Assembly: GCA_963740695.1 (NCBI GenBank)
Contig: CAVUFU010000011.1
Location: 91,986-155,985, forward strand
Length of the DNA stretch: 64,000 nucleotides
Direction: 5' to 3'
DNA from: an uncultured Acidobacteriota bacterium
GTDB taxonomy: Bacteria > Acidobacteriota > Terriglobia > Acidiferrales > UBA7541
The notes under the pieces were generated by a model. It did no database searches. It saw only the letters and a list, made by a program, of their open reading frames with translations, and was not told where the DNA came from. The position numbers and the translations under genes were made by a program. Shown one piece after another: positions 11,177 to 19,319 of this stretch. Each line of letters begins with the position of its first letter. Position 1 is the stretch's first letter.

Positions 11177-11842
11177 ATGGAACGACATTTTGTACACGAC
11201 CTGGAAGAGCTGAAGCAGCGGCTGCTGTGGATGGGGAGCCTCGCCGAGCGCGCGGTCCATCAAGCGGTGCACGCCGTGCTGGACGCCGAAGAACACCTCG
11301 CGGAAACTGTGCTCTCCGAGGAAGACGCCATCAATGAGATGCAGATCGAGATTGACGAGCGCGTACAGCGCCTGCTCGCCCTGCAGCAGCCGATGGCTGC
11401 CGACTTGCGGTTTCTACTCGCCGTCTCGCGGATTAATGGCGACCTGGAGCGGATCGGCGATCAGGCCGTGAACATCGCGCAATCCGCGACGCGCATTTTG
11501 CGCCACCCGCAGGTGAAGCCTTACGTGGACCTCCCGCGCATGAGCGAGCTGGCCGAAGCCATGGTGCGCGATAGCCTGAACGCGCTGGTACGCGGCGATC
11601 AGGATCTGGCGCAAAGCGTGCTGCGCCGCGATGACCAAGTGGACCGCTTGCGCGATCAACTTTTCCGCGAGCTGCTTACCTACATGATGGAAGATTCCGC
11701 GCAGGTCTTTGCGGCGTTCGAGCTGATCCTGGTGGCCAAGAACCTCGAGCGCATCGGCGACCACGCCACCAACATCGCCGAAGACGTGATCTACTTCGTC
11801 GCCGGACGCGATGTTCGCCATCCAGCCCTGGACCGCCGCTAA
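11177..11842 (+). CDS. phoU: Phosphate signalling complex protein PhoU (copy 2).
   Basis: HFVHDLEELKQRLLWMG N-terminus and two PhoU repeats (NGDLERIGDQAVNI; AKNLERIGDHATNIAEDV). Confidence 0.9.
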   Translation: MERHFVHDLEELKQRLLWMGSLAERAVHQAVHAVLDAEEHLAETVLSEEDAINEMQIEIDERVQRLLALQQPMAADLRFLLAVSRINGDLERIGDQAVNIAQSATRILRHPQVKPYVDLPRMSELAEAMVRDSLNALVRGDQDLAQSVLRRDDQVDRLRDQLFRELLTYMMEDSAQVFAAFELILVAKNLERIGDHATNIAEDVIYFVAGRDVRHPALDRR

Positions 11843-11879
11843 GATTTCGGGGAAACAGACCACTGGGGGGTGCGCCGCT

Positions 11880-12266
11880 CTAGATTCGCGCGAGCGCGGC
11901 GGCTTCATCTTCCGCCAAATCCAAAATCGAATCCAAACGCACCATTTTCAGCAGCATCATCACGCGCTTATTCGCCGCGAAATATGTGGCCTTGCCGCCG
12001 GCTCGCTTCAACGTGGTAAATGCCCGCACCAGCGCGCCAATTCCCGAACTGTCCAATTCAGTAACTCCCGCCAGGTTTACGGCGATGTGCGTGGTACCGT
12101 TGTCCAGCAACTGCTGCACCTGATTGCGGAATGCCTCTTCGGCGTCACCGAGCTTGAGCGGCCCGTCCAGGTCCAAGATCGTCGCGTTGCCCGCTTTGCG
12201 GATCCCGATATTCACATGTCCCTCGCTGCGCTGTGCAAAGCTAACCGAATTGCGCCCGTCAATCAA
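11880..12266 (-). CDS. STAS-domain protein (anti-sigma-factor antagonist, SpoIIAA-like).
   Basis: ILDLDGPL...AVNLAGVTELDSSGIGALV pattern, with the conserved phosphorylatable Ser context (DSSG). Confidence 0.75.
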   Translation of the reverse strand: MIDGRNSVSFAQRSEGHVNIGIRKAGNATILDLDGPLKLGDAEEAFRNQVQQLLDNGTTHIAVNLAGVTELDSSGIGALVRAFTTLKRAGGKATYFAANKRVMMLLKMVRLDSILDLAEDEAAALARI

Positions 12267-12296
12267 GAGGATGCGCGAAAGTCTTTTCCGCGCGGA

Positions 12297-15200
12297 TTAG
12301 AACTCGATGCGTGATTGAAATGCGATCATCCTTGGAGTGCTGTCGCCGCCCAGGCCCACGCCCAGCAGGCCGGTTGGCGGAGAAGTGGTGTAAGTGAGCG
12401 CGCCGAAACCGGTTTGCGTGGCGGGCTTTCCGGGAATGCCGGCCAGCACCATGCTGGGAAGTCCAAAATTCGGATGGTTAAAGAGGTTGAAGAATTGCGC
12501 GTCGAACCGCAGCGTCACATGCTCGGTCAATGCGAATGTTTTCGTCAGATAGAAATCGCTCCACGCAAAATCCGGCCCTCGCAAGGCATTGCGTCCGAGA
12601 CTCCCGAATTGGCAGTTCGGCACGCTATCGCCTCCCGCGCATGCACTGGTGCTCGGGTCAACGGTCGAGAGAAACGCATTTGGATTCAGCCACTGCACGG
12701 TGCCGGGTTGCGTAACTCCTGAAATCGCGCTGTGCGCGTAAAGCGGCGCGCCCGGAACCGCGCTTGCGAATTGCGGACCGCTGCCGTTCACGATGCCGTC
12801 TCCATTCGCGGAATACGGCGTGCTCAGCACCGAGAAAGGAATCCCGCTGTGCCAGAACACCGTGCCGGAGATCTGCCATCCGTTCAGCGCGTAGCCGAGT
12901 GTGCGGTTGCGCACCTTCACCGGCAATTGATACACGTACTGCGCGTTCAGGTTGTTGCGGATGTCGTAGTCGCACGGGCCGTAATCCCGCGCTAAATCTC
13001 CCGGCAGCGGCGAGAGAATTCCTCCTGCCGAAAATTGCAGGAATCCGCCATTCGAGACGGTATCCATGCAACGGCTCCAGGTGTAATTGATCTGTCCCAT
13101 CAGGCCGTGTCCCACTCGTTTCATCGCCGTCATCTGCAATCCGTGGTAGTGGCTGTTCGCTCCCGTCGAAAATTGGGTCACGGCGCCGAATCGCGGGTCC
13201 GTGGATTGGCCGTACGGGAATGGCGCGAAGCATCCGTCGCAGACCGTCTGATAGCCGTTCACCTGCGTAAGATAAGGTTGATTCACCGCGCGCGTGCCGA
13301 CGTACTGCGCGCGAATGCTTCCGTTGCTTCTCAGTTCATGCTCGAGGCCCAGGCTCCACTCCATGAAATACGGCGCATGAAGCTTTCCATCGGGCACCGC
13401 TGCGATGGCTACGGGCGGGAGACAAGTGGCGGGATTTGCTCCCGCCGCTGCGCACGAGAGCTGTCCCTGCGGGAACCCCGCAGTAAAAGTTTGATTCGCC
13501 GCGACCGTGGCATCCACCGCGCTACCCGGAACTCCCGGCGCGATTGCCGTGCCGCCGACGGTACCTAGCAGACCGCCCTCAAATGTTTTCACGTAAGGCG
13601 GATTGACTCCGACGAAATCCGCAACGCTACCTGGCAAAATATCGCTGAAAATTCCAAACCCCGCACGCAGCACGGACTTCGGCTCGAATTGCCAGGCGAT
13701 CGCCGTCCTCGGCTGCAAAATCGCAAGCGGCGTGGACGAAAATACATTGCCGAGTCCGGTCTGAATCGCGGAATTGAGCGGCTGGTTCACGTCGTGCGAA
13801 ATAGAAGCAAACGAGCCGCGCAGGCGCGCGATCTGGTCGTGCGGATTCAGCGGGTTCGAATTGAGCGTGTCGCGGACGCCGAAAGTCCAGGTAAACGTCC
13901 GGGTGACCTTCCAGGTGTCCTGCGCGTAGAGGTCCAGATTCAGAAAATTGAATGCCTCGTTTGGCGACTGCGGAAAAGTTTTTGTCGCCGTGGACGCCAC
14001 TCCGTAAATGTACTGCGGCAAAGTGGCGTAGATCACCGTCGGGACGCTGCCTTCGCGGAAATCGTAATCATTCAGCCGCAGAATGCGCGTGTTGGTTCCG
14101 AACCGCAGTTCATGCGCCCCGCGGCTCCACGCCAGATTGTCATTAATAAAGAACCGCGAAGCGCTCCGCCCCTGCACCCAGGTGTTATCGAGCCCGCCCA
14201 CCGTGGTAAACGGCGCGTTCGCGCCGCTGCCTTGCAGCACAATCGGAAACGCAGCCAGCGTCTGCTGAAAATTGGCCGGCGCGAACAAACTCTGATACCA
14301 GGAAAACGCCGGATTGAAATAATTCACCAGGTTCTGCGAGAAGACGTGCGTGTAGCCCGCCGCAAACGAATACAGCGGCTGTGGCGACACCGAGTCGAAC
14401 AACGAATTGATCGGATCGGTGTAAGCGGCCTGCACTCCTGTATCGGCCTGAAAACGAAACCATGCCATATTGTTCTGATTGATGTTGTAATCCACGCGCG
14501 CGGTCTGCACCTGCTCGTGGTCGTCGCTCGAATGCGAAATGCTCTGGCGATTCGCGCAGCCCGCGCCGTCCAGTGGATCGCCGGCCGCCGCGCTGCCGTC
14601 CACGTTCAAAGGACAACCCAGCACCGCCAGCGGCGTCCCACCGGTATTTCCATACAACGAAAACATCTGCCGGTAAAACGGTACCGATTGCGGCGAAGGC
14701 TGATAAACCGCGCCGGTAACCGCGTCCGTGCCGCCCAGCGGCAGTCGCTGCAACACATAATCTTGAAACGCCGTGCTCGGCACCGTCGTGGCCGTCACGA
14801 TCGGCAGCGCGATGCGCACCCATTCGCTGTCAAAAAAGAAAAACAGTTTGTCGTGGAGGATCGGTCCACCAAGGCTGCCTCCAAAATGGTTCACGGTCGA
14901 GCGCGGCTTGTGGTTCCCCGCCGTCGCGTTCGTAAAATAGTTGGCGGCGTTGAACCGCGAACCGTTCCACAACTCGTACAGGTTTCCGTGAAATTGATTC
15001 GAGCCGGATTTCGTGACGTAATTTACCTGTGAAGCCCCGTAACGGCCCTCGTCCACCGCATACGACAGCGTATTCACCGTCACTTCTGAAATCGAATTCA
15101 GCCCCAGCACCAGATTCGTCGAAAGCCCGCTGTTCAGATTCGTCAGCGGATCGTTCGTTTCCAGGCCGTCCACGATGTATCCGTTCGAAAGCGCCGGCAG

Positions 15201-15812
15201 CCCGTTGAATTCCACGTTCCCGTACCCGTTCGTTCCGCCCACAAAATCATTTCCGCTGCCCGCGGTATTCACCAGCGCGCCGGCCGCGAATTGCAGCGGG
15301 TAAGTCAAATCGCCGCCCGGGTTCGGCAGATTCTCCAGCGCCGGCGCGTCCAGATTTGTGGAGGTGTTCGCATTCCCGGGATTGAGCAAGGGAGGCGTGC
15401 CGGTCACCTCCACGGTTTGTTTCGTCTGCGCCACCTGCAGCACGAAATCCACAGTCTGCTTCTGGCCCAGTCCCGCAAACACCGCATCGTTCCGCTGCAG
15501 CTCGAATCCCGCCGCCTCCGCTTGCACCGCGTACGTGCCCGGCTTCAACTGCGGAAAATCAAAACGCCCCGAATCATCCGTCGTCGCGCTGCGTTTCAGC
15601 CCCGTATCCCGATTCGTCACCGTCACCGCCGCGCCCGGCACCGCGGCCCCACTCGCATCGTTCACCTGCCCGATGATCGCGCTGGTGGTTTCACCCTGGG
15701 CGAAAGTGGCTTGTGGCAATAGCGAGCCGCAGGCTGCCGCGAGCACAGCCGCGATCAGCGCGGCAGAAAGTCTGGCAGCAAGGTTGTCCCGGTAGGCGCT
15801 GGCCGAATCCAC
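12297..15812 (-). CDS. TonB-dependent outer-membrane receptor with an N-terminal carboxypeptidase-regulatory-like domain.
   Basis: 1171 aa. Signal peptide, then GQVNDASGAAVPGAAVTVTNRDTGLKRSATTDDSGRFDFPQLKPGTYAV (CarboxypepD_reg), a long beta-barrel and a C-terminal aromatic residue (...RIEF). GTG start with no obvious SD. Confidence 0.85.
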   Translation of the reverse strand: MDSASAYRDNLAARLSAALIAAVLAAACGSLLPQATFAQGETTSAIIGQVNDASGAAVPGAAVTVTNRDTGLKRSATTDDSGRFDFPQLKPGTYAVQAEAAGFELQRNDAVFAGLGQKQTVDFVLQVAQTKQTVEVTGTPPLLNPGNANTSTNLDAPALENLPNPGGDLTYPLQFAAGALVNTAGSGNDFVGGTNGYGNVEFNGLPALSNGYIVDGLETNDPLTNLNSGLSTNLVLGLNSISEVTVNTLSYAVDEGRYGASQVNYVTKSGSNQFHGNLYELWNGSRFNAANYFTNATAGNHKPRSTVNHFGGSLGGPILHDKLFFFFDSEWVRIALPIVTATTVPSTAFQDYVLQRLPLGGTDAVTGAVYQPSPQSVPFYRQMFSLYGNTGGTPLAVLGCPLNVDGSAAAGDPLDGAGCANRQSISHSSDDHEQVQTARVDYNINQNNMAWFRFQADTGVQAAYTDPINSLFDSVSPQPLYSFAAGYTHVFSQNLVNYFNPAFSWYQSLFAPANFQQTLAAFPIVLQGSGANAPFTTVGGLDNTWVQGRSASRFFINDNLAWSRGAHELRFGTNTRILRLNDYDFREGSVPTVIYATLPQYIYGVASTATKTFPQSPNEAFNFLNLDLYAQDTWKVTRTFTWTFGVRDTLNSNPLNPHDQIARLRGSFASISHDVNQPLNSAIQTGLGNVFSSTPLAILQPRTAIAWQFEPKSVLRAGFGIFSDILPGSVADFVGVNPPYVKTFEGGLLGTVGGTAIAPGVPGSAVDATVAANQTFTAGFPQGQLSCAAAGANPATCLPPVAIAAVPDGKLHAPYFMEWSLGLEHELRSNGSIRAQYVGTRAVNQPYLTQVNGYQTVCDGCFAPFPYGQSTDPRFGAVTQFSTGANSHYHGLQMTAMKRVGHGLMGQINYTWSRCMDTVSNGGFLQFSAGGILSPLPGDLARDYGPCDYDIRNNLNAQYVYQLPVKVRNRTLGYALNGWQISGTVFWHSGIPFSVLSTPYSANGDGIVNGSGPQFASAVPGAPLYAHSAISGVTQPGTVQWLNPNAFLSTVDPSTSACAGGDSVPNCQFGSLGRNALRGPDFAWSDFYLTKTFALTEHVTLRFDAQFFNLFNHPNFGLPSMVLAGIPGKPATQTGFGALTYTTSPPTGLLGVGLGGDSTPRMIAFQSRIEF

Positions 15813-15816
15813 GACG

Positions 15817-15830
15817 TTAACTATAGTTAA
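15817..15830. promoter_or_regulatory. Perfect 14-bp AT-rich palindrome TTAACTATAGTTAA, 5 nt upstream of the TonB-dependent receptor start codon.
   Basis: Read directly from the sequence. It is its own reverse complement and sits in an unusually AT-rich patch (15813..15860) of a GC-rich window. Confidence 0.35.
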
Positions 15831-16000
15831 GTACTATGATTAATGCAAGTAAAGCGATAGGAGATACGAGCGTTACGTAAGAATGCCAATGCCGATGAAG
15901 GAAGAAACAAAGCTTTGGAATTCATGCGCAAAGCTTGCGGAGTAGCGGACGGCTCTGCGGTTTGCGGTTTACTGCTTCCCTGCCCCACCACCTCCCTGCC

Positions 16001-17473
16001 TTAAATCCCTGCCAGCGCAATGGCCAGTTCTTCCACGCCGCGCCGGATTTCCCGCGCGTCCACGGCGGCGAAACCTAATTGCAACCCTTCGCGCGCCACT
16101 CGCCCTCTGCTGTACCAACTCAGCGGTATGACCTCCACATCGCGCTTCGCGGCCGCCGCCGTGGCGGATTCACCAGTGATGCCGCGCGGCAGCCAGCCTA
16201 CTGTCTGCAATCCCGCTTCGATGCTGGAAATTTCCAGTAATCCCGCGAGCCTCTGCCGGGCACTTTCCAGGAGTATGGATAATCGCTCCGCGTACACTTC
16301 GCGCATGCGCCGCAGATGCCGCCCGAAATGTCCTTCGGTGATGAAATCGCAGAGTACGGCCTGCTCCGGAAGCGGCGCGTGACGACTGCTCACCGAGATC
16401 GCCGCCGCAAATTTATCCAACAGGTCCGCGGGAATCACGAGATATCCCAAGCGCAAGGACGGGAAAAGAACCTTACTGAAGCTTCCCGCAAAGAGCACCG
16501 AACCATTGCGGTCGAGCCCTTGCATCGCGGGCACCGGCCGCCCTGAGTAGCGATACTCGCTATCGTAATCATCCTCGAGAATCAGCGCGCCAGATTTCCG
16601 CGCCCACTCGAGCAATTCCAGGCGCCGCGGGAGGCTCATGGTGATTCCCAGCGGAAATTGGTGACCTGGCGTGACGTACACCAAGCGCGCTCCCCGCAGA
16701 ACGCCGTCCCGCAGTTCCATACCTTCGTCATCCACCCGCGCTGCGGAAACCTTCGCGCCCACCGCCTCGAACGCGATGGCCGCGCCGGGATACCCCGGGT
16801 CCTCCATGCACACGCGATCTCCCGGATTCAAAAACAGCCGCGCCGCGAGATCCAGCGCTTCCTGCACGCCGGAAACTATTGCCACCTGCTCCGGTACACA
16901 CTTCACGCCACGCGACGCGCCGAGATAATCCGCCACTGCTTCGCGTAGCGGACGATATCCGAGCGGATCGCACCCGAGCAAAAGGTTTGCGGAAGCGCGC
17001 CGCCAACGACGTGCAGTGAGCTGGGCCCATAAAGATGTAGGAAACAGGTCCAAGGCCGGCAGGTTCGCACGAAAGGCGCGGCTGCGCCGAATTTCAAAGC
17101 CCGTGAAAAGATCCACGCGCCGGCCGTACTCGGCCATTCGTCGCGGTTGTTTCCGTTGGGCTCGTGGCTCCGCGTTCGCATGGCGCGCCACTTGCAGCAA
17201 TTCATCCGGCAGCACCTTGCTGACATAGGTGCCGGAACCCATGCTGCCTTCGACGTAGCCTTCGGACTGCAACTGCTCAAAGGCGCTAACGATGGTGCCG
17301 CGCGAAAGCCTGTATTGGCGGGCAAGATCACGAGTGGCGGGCAAGCGCGCTCCGGCGCGCAAACGGCCGTCTAGAATTTCCGCTCGCAGAGTGGCATACA
17401 GCCAGCGATACGCGGGAGTTGCCGCATCTCGCGGGGAAAGCGTCAGCGCAAAACCACTTGCTCGTTTGGCCAT
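16001..17473 (-). CDS. MocR/PdxR-type regulator: GntR winged-helix domain fused to a PLP-dependent aminotransferase-like domain.
   Basis: N-terminal LPATRDLARQYRLSRGTIVSAFEQLQSEGYV (GntR HTH). The remainder is fold-type-I aminotransferase-like (...SFSKVLFPSLRLGYLV with the PLP lysine context). Confidence 0.88.
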   Translation of the reverse strand: MAKRASGFALTLSPRDAATPAYRWLYATLRAEILDGRLRAGARLPATRDLARQYRLSRGTIVSAFEQLQSEGYVEGSMGSGTYVSKVLPDELLQVARHANAEPRAQRKQPRRMAEYGRRVDLFTGFEIRRSRAFRANLPALDLFPTSLWAQLTARRWRRASANLLLGCDPLGYRPLREAVADYLGASRGVKCVPEQVAIVSGVQEALDLAARLFLNPGDRVCMEDPGYPGAAIAFEAVGAKVSAARVDDEGMELRDGVLRGARLVYVTPGHQFPLGITMSLPRRLELLEWARKSGALILEDDYDSEYRYSGRPVPAMQGLDRNGSVLFAGSFSKVLFPSLRLGYLVIPADLLDKFAAAISVSSRHAPLPEQAVLCDFITEGHFGRHLRRMREVYAERLSILLESARQRLAGLLEISSIEAGLQTVGWLPRGITGESATAAAAKRDVEVIPLSWYSRGRVAREGLQLGFAAVDAREIRRGVEELAIALAGI

Positions 17474-17493
17474 GTGTAGATTCGCCTTCTAGA

Positions 17494-17543
17494 AAGTGGT
17501 ACAGCCGAAATACTGTAAGTGGTTCTTTGCTGCTGGTCCACTA
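17494..17543. promoter_or_regulatory. Candidate MocR operator: two direct repeats and one inverted copy of AGTGG(T/A).
   Basis: AAGTGGTAC (17494..17502), AAGTGGTTC (17517..17525, 23 nt later) and GGTCCACTA (17535..17543, reverse complement TAGTGGACC). They lie in the divergent MocR/cupin intergenic region. Confidence 0.45.
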
Positions 17544-17574
17544 TTGTTTAACTTAGGGTTCGGAGGAATTGACC

Positions 17575-18051
17575 ATGACCAAGCTTACGCAGAGAGCGGC
17601 CCTGCTAACCGCGATGTCGCTCGCTGCCACCGCTGGAAGTTATGCGGCCCGCGCACAGGCGTCGGGCGCGCAAGCGCAAACGCAGGCGAACGGCGCGAAA
17701 CAAGTGCGCGTCGCGTTCACCCAAGCTCTGCCGCAACTCGACGGCAGCCACCTGAAGGCCACGTTGGTGGAAGTCACCTACGGCCCCGGGGCATCTTCTG
17801 CTCCACACAGCCATCCGTGCCCCGTGATCGTCTACGTCGTGAAAGGAACCCTGCGGGCAAAAGTGAAGGGCGAACCGGAAGCGGTTTACCACGCGGGCGA
17901 AAGCTTCTTCGAAGCGCCCAACGGCGTGCACGAAATTTCCGCCAACGCCAGCAAAACGGAAGCGGTGAAATTCGTCGCTTACTTCGTTTGCGACCATGAC
18001 ACCGAACTGAGCGTGCCCCCGCCGAGCACCCAACCCGCAGGAGGCAAATAA
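17575..18051 (+). CDS. Secreted cupin-domain protein.
   Basis: Signal peptide (LLTAMSLAATAGSYAARAQA) and a cupin core (APHSHPCPVIVYVVKGTL...GESFFEAPNGVH). I prefer the ATG at 17575 over the TTG at 17569. Confidence 0.75.
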   Translation: MTKLTQRAALLTAMSLAATAGSYAARAQASGAQAQTQANGAKQVRVAFTQALPQLDGSHLKATLVEVTYGPGASSAPHSHPCPVIVYVVKGTLRAKVKGEPEAVYHAGESFFEAPNGVHEISANASKTEAVKFVAYFVCDHDTELSVPPPSTQPAGGK

Positions 18052-18053
18052 CC

Positions 18054-18527
18054 ATGAGCAGCAATGCGCCACTAACTTCGACGGAAAATAAACCGCAGTC
18101 CGCGGCAAAATCCGTTCGCACGCTAAAGCTTGAGCGGTTGGGGATTCTCTACGCGCGCTTCGCACTCGGCGCAGCGTTTCTCTCCGGCATCGCAGACCGC
18201 TTCGGGTTGTACACCGGTCGCAATGTAGGTTACGGCGATTTCACGGGATTCGAAGCGTACACCGCCAAGGTGAACTCGTTCATGCCGGCTTCGACGATAC
18301 CGTTTCTAGCGTGGGCCGCGACCGCCGCCGAATTTTCCCTGGGCGTCGCGTTGATTCTGGGAATTTGGCCGCGCTGGGTGGCGCTGGCGAGCGCGCTGCT
18401 GCTCGTGCTCTTCGGCACGGCCATGGCAATTTCCTTCGGTATCAAATCGCCGCTGGATTACTCGGTGTTTTCGGCGTCCGCTGCGGCAGTGTTGCTCGCG
18501 TTGTACGGATCAGGACCCATGAAGTGA
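18054..18527 (+). CDS. DoxX-family membrane protein.
   Basis: Four predicted TM segments and a DoxX-like N-terminus (LYARFALGAAFLSGIADRFG). It starts 2 nt after the cupin gene. Confidence 0.55.
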   Translation: MSSNAPLTSTENKPQSAAKSVRTLKLERLGILYARFALGAAFLSGIADRFGLYTGRNVGYGDFTGFEAYTAKVNSFMPASTIPFLAWAATAAEFSLGVALILGIWPRWVALASALLLVLFGTAMAISFGIKSPLDYSVFSASAAAVLLALYGSGPMK

Positions 18528-18648
18528 TTTTTTCGCACCGGACTTTTCACCGTAAGCCACGAAGGATCGGCAGCGGTCTTTGAAGATGCATTTGAATCGC
18601 GGTCAATAGGTCCCGCACCACCACATCGAGTTAAAAAGGAGCTTCACC

Positions 18649-19110
18649 ATGAAACGAAATCTGCTGCTCACCGTCGTACTTGCAATTGCCGCCTTGGCCG
18701 CGCTCCGCTCCGCGGCCGCGCCATCACCAGATTCCGGGAAAGACCAGCTTCTCGCCGCCCGCGAAGCGGTGTGGCGCGACTGGTTCGCGGGCGATCAAGC
18801 CGCCCTGGAAAGCGAAGTCCCGCCGGAAACAATCGCCATCAGCGCCAGCGAGACGACTTGGCATAACCAGAAGGAAATACTGCAATCCGCCGCCGATTTT
18901 CACGCGGGCGGTGGAAAGCTGCTGCGCCTGGAATTTCCGCGCACGGAGATCCAGCGATTCGGCGATGTCGCCATGCTCTACAGCCAATATGTGCTGGAAA
19001 CCGAAACGAACGGCAAGCGCTCCGAGGAATCGGGGCGCGTTACGGAGATATTCGTGTGGCGCGACGGCCACTGGGTCAATCCCGGCTGGCACACCGACGC
19101 CGTCAAGTAA
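18649..19110 (+). CDS. Secreted SnoaL-like/DUF4440 (NTF2-fold) protein.
   Basis: Signal peptide, and a C-terminal GRVTEIFVWRDGHWVNPGWH motif typical of DUF4440. SD aaaggag upstream. Confidence 0.6.
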   Translation: MKRNLLLTVVLAIAALAALRSAAAPSPDSGKDQLLAAREAVWRDWFAGDQAALESEVPPETIAISASETTWHNQKEILQSAADFHAGGGKLLRLEFPRTEIQRFGDVAMLYSQYVLETETNGKRSEESGRVTEIFVWRDGHWVNPGWHTDAVK

Positions 19111-19133
19111 CACCGCCTGATCGGCTCATCTGG

Positions 19134-19160
19134 GGGTCGGACCGAATCTCGGTTCGGCCC
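19134..19160 (+). terminator. Hairpin after the DUF4440 gene.
   Basis: GGGTCGGACCGA-atc-TCGGTTCGGCCC (10 of 12 bp pair), followed by tctttccc. Confidence 0.4.
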
Positions 19161-19319
19161 TCTTTCCCAGTCCTTATTCTTGGCTCCCCTCCTCTTGCTT
19201 CCTTGACGCGCGCTCGCTCGATTTGTTAGGCTGCGCGCATTCCCTTCGGCGGCCTGTTGGGGGTGTCGCTGTCAGCGGCGGCCGGAGACTGAAATTTCGC
19301 CCCTTCCCCTGGGAGAATC

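Noticed and set aside
13689-15032. A 447-aa plus-strand ORF.
   Set aside because: It lies entirely antisense to the TonB-dependent receptor gene. Its extremely Arg-rich composition (RRRGR..., RHRRGRH...) is typical of high-GC antisense frames.
19289-19296. A GAAATTTC palindrome just upstream of the GAF-MFP gene, superficially like the core of the enhancer GTTGAAA-N-TTTCAAC.
   Set aside because: It lacks the GTT/AAC flanks and the 1-nt spacer, and it is only 8 bp long. No sigma54 -24/-12 element with correct spacing lies downstream.
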